64,000 nucleotides of DNA from Candidatus Micrarchaeota archaeon (GTDB lineage Archaea > Micrarchaeota > Micrarchaeia > Anstonellales > Bilamarchaeaceae), in assembly GCA_043812915.1 (NCBI GenBank), contig JBDRLQ010000016.1, forward strand, positions 36,318 through 100,317, given 5' to 3'. Shown in pieces: positions 1 through 8,376 of this stretch. Each line of letters begins with the position of its first letter. Position 1 is the first letter of the stretch. The notes below the pieces were generated by a model, which was not told the DNA's origin, made no database searches, and saw nothing but the letters and a program-made list of their open reading frames with translations. The position numbers were made by a program, and so were the translations under genes.

Positions 1-17
1 ATCTTGATCTATCAGAA

Positions 18-668
18 ATGGAAGAGGAATTCAGGATAGAATTCACTTCTGCCTCTACTCAATTGGAAGGGAACACATTTACTTTAGATGAATCTAAGGA
101 GCTTATTTTACATGATGTTATTCCCGGTGATAAGAAGTTACGGGAGGCAAATGAGGTAAAAAATTATTATAACGCCGTTAACTATTTCCTTTCTCATTTA
201 GAAGATCCAATGTCTTTGGATCTGATTCTTGATTTGCATTGGATTATTGTTTATAATTTGGGTGTAAAAGAAGGTGTTCGTTCATCCAGAGTCTCGATAA
301 AAGGAAATCCGTTTTACAAAGTTGCTAACTTTCAGGAAATATTCCCTAAATTAGACGAGCTATGCAAGAAGATCAATGATTTTATCTCAAAGAAACATTC
401 AACAAAAGAAACCATTGAGTTTGCTACGTTTGTCCATAACGAATTTCAGCACATACATCCTTTCGAGGATGGAAACAGCAGAATGACTCGGCTCATGTGG
501 AACTATATTCTGATGAAAGGTGGATTTCCATTGATCAATATCTATTCGAATACAAGAGAAGAATATCTTTCTTTAACGAAGTTATCACGACATAGAGATG
601 ATGTAAAACTGAATGCGTTCCTAGTGAGGATTATCAAGGATAATCTATACAAAAGACTTAGGGTATAA
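18..668 (+). CDS. Fic family protein (class II, with inhibitory helix); may start upstream of the window
   Basis: HPFEDGNSRMTR matches the Fic motif HPFxDGNGRxxR; STQLEGN matches the (S/T)xxxE(G/N) inhibitory motif; the frame is open back to the window start. Confidence 0.9.
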   Translation: MEEEFRIEFTSASTQLEGNTFTLDESKELILHDVIPGDKKLREANEVKNYYNAVNYFLSHLEDPMSLDLILDLHWIIVYNLGVKEGVRSSRVSIKGNPFYKVANFQEIFPKLDELCKKINDFISKKHSTKETIEFATFVHNEFQHIHPFEDGNSRMTRLMWNYILMKGGFPLINIYSNTREEYLSLTKLSRHRDDVKLNAFLVRIIKDNLYKRLRV

Positions 669-920
669 AAGGACTTTCCATTAATATGCAGAATATTGCA
701 TAATTATGCTGGATGTTGCATGATTGCTACGAGATTCTTATTAGATATCTAAAGTGCGGCCGTGGCCCTCTTCTTCTTTAAAGGTCTGTTCTGGGAACCA
801 CGTTTCCCGAAGTGACCTTCAATATCCTCCTGGCCTTTCTAAGATGTTAAAAAGAAGATTATATTTAGAATTAAAAAAAAAGAATATAGCAAAATCCTTA
901 GTAACTAATAATCAGGAACT

Positions 921-1058
921 TTAGAATCTGCTTTTTGGTTTGTAGCAATCCCTGCAATATACCGGTCTGCCTTCTTGCGGCTCGAAAGGTACTCTGCAAG
1001 CTTTACCACATTTTGCACAGGTCGCGTCATACATCGGCCTGTCTTCTCTGTCTCCCAT
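921..1058 (-). CDS. CxxC-x17-CxxC zinc-ribbon small protein (45 aa, absent from the ORF track)
   Basis: Manual translation MGDREDRPMYDATCAKCGKACRVPFEPQEGRPVYCRDCYKPKSRF; AGGTGA RBS at 1065-1070 on the minus strand. Confidence 0.9.
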   Translation of the reverse strand: MGDREDRPMYDATCAKCGKACRVPFEPQEGRPVYCRDCYKPKSRF

Positions 1059-1230
1059 ATTATTTCACCTATATTTCCTCTGAGATTAAGTTCTCAGATG
1101 AAATAGTTGTGTTGGTCTATGTTTAAAAATATATGTTTGTGCCAGTTCCTGTCATGTTCTGGTCAGGGAATCCGGGGGATTTAATCATTTTCCTTAATTC
1201 TCATAAATCTTTTTATTCTATCTCATATTT

Positions 1231-1548
1231 ATGGTCTCTAGAAGGAATTTGGATCGGAGCCTTGCCAGCGAGGAGGTTGATCTCTTATTCTATCTCATAA
1301 TTGAAAAAGGGGGGAAGCGCATGCTCAAGCCCCTGAAAATCGATAGCAAGGTTCCATTGAAGCTTATCCGTGCAATTGCGGATGATGCCATAGTACCCAG
1401 TTTCTACGACACACTCGCCAGGAATCTGCGCGAGCGCGGCGTTGCCTCGGGTTCCCGGGTCCAACTGCGCGCCAAATTCAGCCCCAACCATGAGATGGTT
1501 GATCCATCTCTCAAAGGCACCCGGATACTCTGCGAAGTGGATGTCTAA
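1231..1548 (+). CDS. hypothetical protein
   Basis: 105-aa ORF after an AT-rich promoter-like stretch; no recognised motif. Confidence 0.55.
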   Translation: MVSRRNLDRSLASEEVDLLFYLIIEKGGKRMLKPLKIDSKVPLKLIRAIADDAIVPSFYDTLARNLRERGVASGSRVQLRAKFSPNHEMVDPSLKGTRILCEVDV

Positions 1549-1577
1549 ATTCCCACTTTAAAAGAAAAAGGAAAAAA

Positions 1578-2126
1578 TCAGGGATTGCAGCAGTTGCATC
1601 CCTCTTCAAAGCACATGCATTCCGGTTCGTAATATCCTCTGGCATGCTTGCATGAGGGGCACTCTTCTGGCGGCTCGGTCCCCTCATGGATGTAGCCGCA
1701 TTTGCTGCATTTCCATCTTATCGGCTTCTCCCTCTTGAAAACGGCTTCATCCTCCACCATCTTCAGGAGCCTTCTGTATCTGGCTTCGTGGTGCTTCTCA
1801 ACTTTTGCAATCTGTATGAAGAGCTTTGCAGCCTCGGCATTCCCTTCCTCAAGGGCCTGCTTTGCGAATGAAGGGTACATATCAGTAGTCTCATAGTGCT
1901 CCCCTTCGATTGCCGCTTTCAGGTTCTCTTCGGTATCCCCGATTCCGTTCAAAAGCTTGAATTCGTCCTTGGCGTGCTGAACCTCGTTCTCAGCGGTTTC
2001 CTCAAAGATTTTGGCGATGTAGTGTAAGCCCTGCGCCCTTGCGACTTTCGCAAAATACATATACTTGTTCCTCGCCTGGCTCTCTCCTGCAAATGCGGTC
2101 TTCAGGTTCTCTTCTGTCTTTGTCAT
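1578..2126 (-). CDS. rbr: rubrerythrin
   Basis: [12 protein letters not shown], ExxH di-iron motifs (EVQH, EKHH), C-terminal rubredoxin-like CSKCGY...CPSC; AAGGTGA RBS. Confidence 0.95.
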   Translation of the reverse strand: MTKTEENLKTAFAGESQARNKYMYFAKVARAQGLHYIAKIFEETAENEVQHAKDEFKLLNGIGDTEENLKAAIEGEHYETTDMYPSFAKQALEEGNAEAAKLFIQIAKVEKHHEARYRRLLKMVEDEAVFKREKPIRWKCSKCGYIHEGTEPPEECPSCKHARGYYEPECMCFEEGCNCCNP

Positions 2127-2218
2127 CAATTCACCTTGGTATTATTGGTAATGTGTAAAGTTGAAAAATCCATTCATTAACCTGACCAAATAATCGAAGA
2201 AAAAGTATGGTAAAATTC

Positions 2219-2346
2219 TCTGCAGGGTTTTCAAGGCCGAAACCAAAAGTCTATGGCTCTGCACCTAGCTGATAACCCGGCCCGTACGTACTGCCATTTC
2301 CTTACGGACAAGTCACTAAGTTCAGCGGCTTCCACAACCCTGCAGA
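2219..2346 (-). ncRNA. structured ncRNA, HgcC-like
   Basis: GC-rich 128-nt island closed by an 11-bp perfect inverted repeat (2219-2229/2336-2346); nested helices GCCG/CGGC, GCUGA/UCAGC, CCGUA/UACGG; TATA-like AAATATAAAT about 25 nt upstream on the minus strand. HgcC identity is recalled, not searched. Confidence 0.7.
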
Positions 2347-2417
2347 AGGTTAGGGGTATTTCATTAACATTTATATTTCTTTCTGCACTGTTCCAGATTC
2401 TTTTACATATTATGTAA

Positions 2418-2798
2418 CTATAATATCGAAATCTGGACAGACTTCACCTTTTTCTCCCTCTTCAAATGAGAAAACAACTCCCTAATCTGCTCGGCTTTCC
2501 CGCAGGTAATCAGTATCTTCAGGCACCTGCTGGCATGATGCTGGTGGATCTCGGTAACCACTATCTCCTCGAAGTCCTTCACAAGGCTGTTCATCTCCCC
2601 TTTTCCGTGCTCTTCCATGGTTATTGTGAAGACCGCGTCCACATGCCCCTTGATCGACTCCAGGGCCCGGTATTCATTGAGGAGGGAATCAATCGTCGCC
2701 CGGATAAGCTTTGACCTGCTCCGGAATCCAAGCTTCCCCTGCGTCTTGTTCAGTTCCGCAAGATTTTTTTTGTCGAGTGAAATACTGACAATCTCCAT
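2418..2798 (-). CDS. NikR/CopG family ribbon-helix-helix transcriptional regulator
   Basis: N-terminal RHH (IVSISL...GFRSRSKLIR) plus a NikR-like C-terminal domain with HxH...C (EIHQHHASRC). Confidence 0.85.
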   Translation of the reverse strand: MEIVSISLDKKNLAELNKTQGKLGFRSRSKLIRATIDSLLNEYRALESIKGHVDAVFTITMEEHGKGEMNSLVKDFEEIVVTEIHQHHASRCLKILITCGKAEQIRELFSHLKREKKVKSVQISIL

Positions 2799-2842
2799 TT
2801 TTCCACGTCTTTTATTAATTTTTTTAGTACATTGAGTCCTAA

Positions 2843-2873
2843 GTTAATAACTTTCTTCAATATATTTATTAAC
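2843..2873. promoter_or_regulatory. putative NikR-like operator GTTAATAA-N15-TTATTAAC
   Basis: Perfect 8-bp inverted half-sites with a 15-nt spacer, in the divergent regulator/ZIP intergenic region. Confidence 0.5.
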
Positions 2874-2894
2874 CTATGCTGGACAGAAACAATC

Positions 2895-3620
2895 ATGGCA
2901 GGTGAATTTCTCTGGATAATGGGGGCTGCGGCGCTTGACGCGCTGCTGGGTTTTGTGGGCGTGTTCTCTCTTTGGCTCAGCAAGCAGGACCTTAGAAAAA
3001 TTGTTGACATCCTAACGGCGCTAGCCGCCGGCAGCCTGCTAGGCGGCGCGTTCTTCCACCTGCTCCCGGAATCGCTTGAGGAAATCAAAACAATAGATGT
3101 TTTTCTTCTAGCCCTCGCTGGATTCGTGCTTTTCATATTCCTGGAATCCTACCTTCACTGGCACCACTGCAAGGAGTGTGGAATCCACCCTTTCTCCTAT
3201 GTCATGATTGTGGGTGATGCGGTCCATAATTTCATAGGGGGAATCCTTCTTGCAGCCAGTTTCCTAGTTAGCATTCCGCTTGGCATTGCCACTTTTATTG
3301 CAATCATCGCCCACGAGCTGCCGCAGCAGCTTGGCATCTTCGGGGTGCTCGTCAAGGGCGGTCTCCATCGGGACAAGGCAATATTCTACAGCTTCCTTGC
3401 ACAGTCGACAATCATTCTCGGGGGGCTGGTAGGATATTTCCTTGCCGGCGCCATTGGTGGAATAGTCCCCATGCTCGTTCCGATTGCCGCGGGCAACTTC
3501 ATCTACATCGCTTCTTCGGACCTCATTCCCGAGATGCACAAGGCTGAAGGCTGGGACAAAATAAGGAACCTGATATTCTTCTTCGTGGGCCTTGCCCTGA
3601 TGTGGTTTATCAGGGGCTAG
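2895..3620 (+). CDS. ZIP family metal transporter
   Basis: AAGSLLGGAFFHLLPE, HWHHC loop, GDAVHNF, HELPQ, AGNFIYIASSDLIPE; start placed at MAGEF. Confidence 0.9.
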   Translation: MAGEFLWIMGAAALDALLGFVGVFSLWLSKQDLRKIVDILTALAAGSLLGGAFFHLLPESLEEIKTIDVFLLALAGFVLFIFLESYLHWHHCKECGIHPFSYVMIVGDAVHNFIGGILLAASFLVSIPLGIATFIAIIAHELPQQLGIFGVLVKGGLHRDKAIFYSFLAQSTIILGGLVGYFLAGAIGGIVPMLVPIAAGNFIYIASSDLIPEMHKAEGWDKIRNLIFFFVGLALMWFIRG

Positions 3621-4567
3621 AAAACGAGGTTGAAGAGATATCCTATCAGGATTATCCCGAGCGCAATCATTCCGAAGAAAAGGGCCAAGAGCGGAAGTTT
3701 CATCGCCCTCCTTAGGATTATGGCTTCCGGAAGGCTAAGCGCCGCTGTCGCCATCATGAATGAGAGCGCGGTTCCAAGCGGCGCTCCTTTCTGGAACAGG
3801 ACGACCGCGATTGGGACTACCGCGCTGCAGTTTGCGTATATCGGAATTCCAATAAGCACTGCCAGCGGAACCGATAATATGTCCCCTGCGCCGAAAGCGG
3901 AGCTGATGAGCTCTTCCGGAACGAAGCCGTGGATTGCAGCTCCAATCCCGACACCGACAAGCACCCAGAGCCAGAGCTTGAGGAGGATGGTTTTCGCCTC
4001 ATTGAATCCGAAAGCCAGGCGCTTTCCAAAGGTCTGGAATTTCAGCTCTTTAAGTGTCCTGCCGGTAATGTCTTTTATGAGATATCTTTCCATGCCCGCC
4101 TTCCCAAGCAGTATCCCTCCGATGGTGCCGAGCAGGATTCCGATGACTATATAGCTTGCGGCAATCTCCCAGCCGAAGAATCCGAGCATAAGGACGGCGA
4201 CATACTCATTGACCAGTGGGGATGTCACAAGGAATGAGAGCGAGGTCCCGAGTGGGACGCCCGCTTCAAGGAAGCCTATGAATATCGGTATTGATGAGCA
4301 TGAGCAGAATGGGGTGGCAGCTCCGAATAATGATGCCATAAGATTCGGCACCCCGAACGTCTTATGGGTGAGTAGTTTCTTGATTTTGGCCGGGGGCACA
4401 TATGTCCTGATTACTCCCATTATGAATATCATGGCAAAGAGCAGAACCAGTATCTTTATGCTGTCATATATAAAGAAATGCAGCGCTTCTGCTGCAGCGC
4501 TTCCGGATTCAAGGCCCAGCAGCCTCTGGACAATCCAGCCTGCAAACAATTCAAGTGGATCGCTCAT
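3617..4567 (-). CDS. ArsP/DUF318 family permease
   Basis: TPFCSCSSIP, GAAIHGFVP, ALSLPE motifs; multi-pass membrane; start MSDPL overlaps the upstream stop (ATGA). Confidence 0.9.
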   Translation of the reverse strand: MSDPLELFAGWIVQRLLGLESGSAAAEALHFFIYDSIKILVLLFAMIFIMGVIRTYVPPAKIKKLLTHKTFGVPNLMASLFGAATPFCSCSSIPIFIGFLEAGVPLGTSLSFLVTSPLVNEYVAVLMLGFFGWEIAASYIVIGILLGTIGGILLGKAGMERYLIKDITGRTLKELKFQTFGKRLAFGFNEAKTILLKLWLWVLVGVGIGAAIHGFVPEELISSAFGAGDILSVPLAVLIGIPIYANCSAVVPIAVVLFQKGAPLGTALSFMMATAALSLPEAIILRRAMKLPLLALFFGMIALGIILIGYLFNLVF

Positions 4568-4674
4568 TTGCTCTTCTCCTTGCAGCAACAGCATTTCTTG
4601 GATTCCTTCTCAAGCTTGCCATCCAGCTTCCTGAGGAGCTTTCCTAGGAAGCCCTCTTTTTTTTCTTCTGCCAT
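4564..4674 (-). CDS. 36-aa Lys-rich microprotein with CCCC motif (putative metal-binding)
   Basis: Manual translation MAEEKKEGFLGKLLRKLDGKLEKESKKCCCCKEKSK; its stop overlaps the permease ATG. Confidence 0.7.
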   Translation of the reverse strand: MAEEKKEGFLGKLLRKLDGKLEKESKKCCCCKEKSK

Positions 4675-4718
4675 GTGATTGCTGGGCATTGTGGGCTAAA
4701 AAAGATATCTATTTAAAC

Positions 4719-4740
4719 ATTATGAATATATATTCATAAT
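4719..4740. promoter_or_regulatory. 22-bp perfect palindrome, putative operator
   Basis: ATTATGAATAT|ATATTCATAAT lies between a TTTAAA box (4712-4717) and the DUF134 ATG at 4741. Confidence 0.6.
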
Positions 4741-5043
4741 ATGGTCAGGCCCAAAAAGTGCAGGATGGTTGATGCCGAGCCGGATGCGGACTATTTCAAG
4801 CCGCGCGGGGTTATGCTCCATGAACTTGAGGAAGTGGAGCTTAGTGTTGAAGAGCTCGAGGCTATCCGGCTCAAGGACTACAAGAGGCTTGACCAGATGA
4901 AGGTCGCAAAAAAGATGGGAATCTCACAGCCTTCCCTCCATCGATTGCTCTCTTCCGCTAGACATAAAGTCGCAGAGGCCCTGGTTGATGGAAAGGCAAT
5001 CAAGATTCATGGAGGCAGCTATTCGGTAAGAAGAACAAGGTGA
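4741..5043 (+). CDS. DUF134 domain HTH DNA-binding protein
   Basis: MVRPKKCR...YFKP...EELEAIRLKD...MGISQPSLHRLLSSARHKVAEALVDGKAIKIHGG. Confidence 0.92.
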   Translation: MVRPKKCRMVDAEPDADYFKPRGVMLHELEEVELSVEELEAIRLKDYKRLDQMKVAKKMGISQPSLHRLLSSARHKVAEALVDGKAIKIHGGSYSVRRTR

Positions 5044-5048
5044 ACTGT

Positions 5049-5279
5049 ATGCCAAGAGGAGATGGAACCGGCCCCTGGTGGGCCCAAGGAAGATGGAATT
5101 GCAGGAAAGGAATGGGAAAAGGCATGGGAGCCGGAAGAGGGATGGGGAAGGGATTTGCCCAGATGGAAGGTGAATACGAACTCAATGGCCTTAAGTGCTA
5201 TGCCAAGAACCTGAAATCCGAACTTGATCAGGCGCTTAAGAGAATCGCTTCAATGGAAAAGAACATTACGAAAAAGTAA
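5049..5279 (+). CDS. DUF5320 domain protein
   Basis: MPRGDGTGP start, Gly-rich middle, C-terminal coiled coil; typical neighbour of DUF134. Confidence 0.85.
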   Translation: MPRGDGTGPWWAQGRWNCRKGMGKGMGAGRGMGKGFAQMEGEYELNGLKCYAKNLKSELDQALKRIASMEKNITKK

Positions 5280-5338
5280 CTGCAAGGTTTAAATATTTCT
5301 TTTATGGAATGATTATCCTGCCTTCCATAGATGATATT

Positions 5339-6433
5339 ATGAAATTCGGAATTTCTGCCGTTGTCATACTGATGCTGCTCTCAACCTCATTTGCGGCGCT
5401 GGACCTGACCGTCTATTACGGGATTGGGTGCTCGCACTGCGCAAAGGTGGACACACTCCTGGAAGGGCTCCAGGAAGAATACCAGCTTAATATAGAGAAG
5501 AAGGAAATCTACTATGATGCGGGAAACCGGCAGGACATGTTCGATGTCTATGCGGACTTCGGCATGGATCCTGGAAAGAGCGGGGTCCCGTCACTTGTGT
5601 TGGATGGCAGGTCCCTTCTCATCGGCGAAATGAGCCAGGGCAGGTTCAGGGAAATATTCGATGAGCATCTGGAAAATTCGAGCGTCGCAGGAGTTTACAC
5701 TGCGGATTCGTTCAGCCCGGTGGAGGAAAGAGATCCGACAGCGAACCTTACCCTCTGGATTCTCATTACTGCGGCTGCGGTGGATTCGGTAAATCCGTGC
5801 ACCATCGCGGTGATGACAATGCTCCTTGGGGTAATTATGGCATCAGGAGGCAAGCGAAAAGTGCTTCCCGCGGCAATCACATTCATAGGAATAATCTTCA
5901 TCTCATACTTCTTGATGGGCCTTGGCATCCTGCAGGCGGTCGCGGATACTGGACTTGTGAATCTTTTCCTTGGATTCGTGACTGTTATGGCCCTAGTGCT
6001 GGCAATCCTTGAAATCAAGGCATATCTCCAGTACACTCCAGGCATGCTTTCGGTTGAAATCCCTATGTTTGTCCGGCCGTTCATGAAGAAGGCGATTGCG
6101 AATGCGACATCGCTTCCGGCAGTGGCGCTCGCGGCGCTAATCTGCTCGTTGGTGCTTCTTCCCTGCTCATCCGGTCCATACCTAATGGTCCTTAGCATGC
6201 TGGCAAAGTCCGTCACGCTCCAGGGCCTCTTCTACCTTATAATCTACAATTTAGTATTCATCTTCCCGATGCTGGCAATCGCCGCGATGGTTTACTTCGG
6301 AAAGATATCGGTTGACGAGATTGGCCAGTTCAGGGAGCAGAATATCCAGAAGCTCCATCTGATTGCGGGCCTAATCTTCATCCTGCTCTTTCTTATGCTG
6401 CTCAACCAGATGCTGGGCATCGTGGCGCTATAA
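5339..6433 (+). CDS. thioredoxin/glutaredoxin-like domain fused to a CcdA/DsbD-like membrane domain
   Basis: Signal peptide, CSHC motif and GVP, then a membrane domain with DSVNPC and LPCSSGPY cysteines; start may be 5309. Confidence 0.85.
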   Translation: MKFGISAVVILMLLSTSFAALDLTVYYGIGCSHCAKVDTLLEGLQEEYQLNIEKKEIYYDAGNRQDMFDVYADFGMDPGKSGVPSLVLDGRSLLIGEMSQGRFREIFDEHLENSSVAGVYTADSFSPVEERDPTANLTLWILITAAAVDSVNPCTIAVMTMLLGVIMASGGKRKVLPAAITFIGIIFISYFLMGLGILQAVADTGLVNLFLGFVTVMALVLAILEIKAYLQYTPGMLSVEIPMFVRPFMKKAIANATSLPAVALAALICSLVLLPCSSGPYLMVLSMLAKSVTLQGLFYLIIYNLVFIFPMLAIAAMVYFGKISVDEIGQFREQNIQKLHLIAGLIFILLFLMLLNQMLGIVAL

Positions 6434-6511
6434 ATTGGGGAAAATTAGGGGGGCCCAAAGGCCCCCGTATTGATGGCGACTAAGAAAAAGACCAAAAGAG
6501 TGGGGTTAGTA

Positions 6512-6763
6512 TTATACATTCTCAAGCCCGGCAAGCGGGCTTTCAGTGCTCAGCTGCTCAATCTTCTTCTGCTGCTCTATCACCATCCCAAGCAGCATCG
6601 ATTCGAAGAGCGTGAGGTCTCCGGCTAGGGCGCATGCCCCTACATGTTCCCTTGCACAGGTGACTAACCTGTCAAACACCTGGCGGTTTCCATCTGTCAG
6701 CCCGTCCCTGTACCGTAAAAGGGAACCAGCCTTTTCCTCCGCAACAGCAACCATGTTTTTCAT
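6512..6763 (-). CDS. small conserved hypothetical protein
   Basis: YRDGL...RQVFDRL...AREH...FESMLLGMVIEQQKKI resembles a small archaeal helical family; GAGGTG RBS before MKNMV. Confidence 0.65.
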   Translation of the reverse strand: MKNMVAVAEEKAGSLLRYRDGLTDGNRQVFDRLVTCAREHVGACALAGDLTLFESMLLGMVIEQQKKIEQLSTESPLAGLENV

Positions 6764-6930
6764 ACACAACACCTCGTGATTATAATGAAGCCCAAGAAGG
6801 GCCCCCATTCCAAACGTCCGGGGGTTGTCCCCCGATTATCAGGAAACTTAATGCTGCGAAGGTAGTTTATAAAGAAAAACCAGGACACCTCATTTCCGCG
6901 GCAATATGCAGAGGCGTTAGAGGTGCCTGC

Positions 6931-8304
6931 CTACTGCTTTTTCGAGCCATTGCCATTCTTTTTTTTACCATTCTGCTGCTTTTCCTGCTTCTGGACTGGC
7001 TTGCCACCATTCTTCTTCTCCTCAATTATCTCCCTGCCCTCATTCGCAACCTCCTCTCCGAAGAAGAGCTCAGCTGCAACCCCGAGCTTGGGAACCATCC
7101 CCGCGCGAATCCTTGGCCAGAGCGGCCTGTCACCGCCAAAGAAGAATATCCCGCCGGTTGCGACAACGTTGGAAAGCACAATCACCCCGAACACGATGGG
7201 TTGGAAATAAGGGATCTCAATCCCATATAACGGGGGAAGGGTTGCAAGCACTGCCGCGGCAAGACCGCGGGGCACCATGTAAGTCACGATGTTCCGGTCC
7301 TTCTCCGGGCCGTTCTTGAAAGCGAGCTTTTCCCCAACCACCCTGGAAATCAGAATCAGGATTGTTAGCGCGATTGCGACAGCAACTACATAAAAGGTGA
7401 AATAGCTAGGGGAGAGAAGGAGGCCGATATAAACAAAGAAGAATGTCCGGACGAAGAATGTCACCTCCTCCTGGAAAATCCTCACGATTGGGGAAACCAG
7501 GCTGTCGGTGCTCCATTTGAATCTCCTTGCAATCACACGCGCGTTGCCAAGCACAAGCCCGAACGCGAAGACCGCGAATCCCCCATTGGCTTTCATCCCC
7601 TCGGTCAGCGCATAAACTACAAAGACCATCCCAAGCGTGAGCATATATGCATACTGCTCTATCCCCAGCTTGTTGCTGAGCACAATCCATATCACAGCGG
7701 ATATTATGCCCACGAAAGTAGCAATCAGGAAAGAACCTAGGAGCAGGTTGCCTATGTCACCTGCGCCGATGCTTGAGGTGATAATAATCTCAATCACAAC
7801 CATCGCGCCGATAATGCACAGAGCATCTGTAATGGATGCCTCCACAGTCAGCATCGCCTTGGTCTCATCGGATACGCCCGCCTTGTCAATCATCGCGATG
7901 ACAATGGCGGAACTGATTCCACCAAGGACCGTTCCAAGCAGCAATCCGTGCAGCAGCGGCCATCCCAAGGCAAAGACAGCAAATCCTGCCAGCAGCAATG
8001 TGCTGGCCATGAACGTTACGAATGTGAATACCGTGCTCCTTGGAAGCGCTTTCACCACGCTGAAGATGTCCAGCATCATCCCGCCGTCAAAAAGCAGGAT
8101 AATCAGGGCAAGCGTGGCGATGAACTGGGATATTGAGATGATGATTGAATCCTCAGATGCGTCGATGAAGCCAGTCATCGGGCCAAGGACGAACCCGAAA
8201 AGCATCAGGATGAGCACCTGCGATATGCGCGTGCGCTCGAAAAGAATGGTTGCCGCGAACCCCATGAACAGGGTAAGCCCTATGACAAGGAAGAACTCAA
8301 TCAT
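6931..8304 (-). CDS. cation:proton antiporter (CPA1/NhaP-like)
   Basis: About 12-13 TM segments; LFDGG, EASITD, FFFVYIG, VPRGLAAAVLA motifs. Confidence 0.9.
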   Translation of the reverse strand: MIEFFLVIGLTLFMGFAATILFERTRISQVLILMLFGFVLGPMTGFIDASEDSIIISISQFIATLALIILLFDGGMMLDIFSVVKALPRSTVFTFVTFMASTLLLAGFAVFALGWPLLHGLLLGTVLGGISSAIVIAMIDKAGVSDETKAMLTVEASITDALCIIGAMVVIEIIITSSIGAGDIGNLLLGSFLIATFVGIISAVIWIVLSNKLGIEQYAYMLTLGMVFVVYALTEGMKANGGFAVFAFGLVLGNARVIARRFKWSTDSLVSPIVRIFQEEVTFFVRTFFFVYIGLLLSPSYFTFYVVAVAIALTILILISRVVGEKLAFKNGPEKDRNIVTYMVPRGLAAAVLATLPPLYGIEIPYFQPIVFGVIVLSNVVATGGIFFFGGDRPLWPRIRAGMVPKLGVAAELFFGEEVANEGREIIEEKKNGGKPVQKQEKQQNGKKKNGNGSKKQ

Positions 8305-8376
8305 GGTATGTTGAGGGAAGAGAGGATTTTAAACCTAACCTTGTTGATATCTATACTGAAATATAGGTGTATCCTC

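Noticed and set aside
781-819. Imperfect hairpin AAGGTC...GGGAAC-CAC-GTTTCCC...GACCTT as an ncRNA
   Set aside because: Short and imperfect, with no promoter or family resemblance; could be a gene remnant or chance
935-1126. 63-aa plus-strand ORF from the track
   Set aside because: It is antisense to the CxxC-x17-CxxC gene, which has a recognisable motif and RBS
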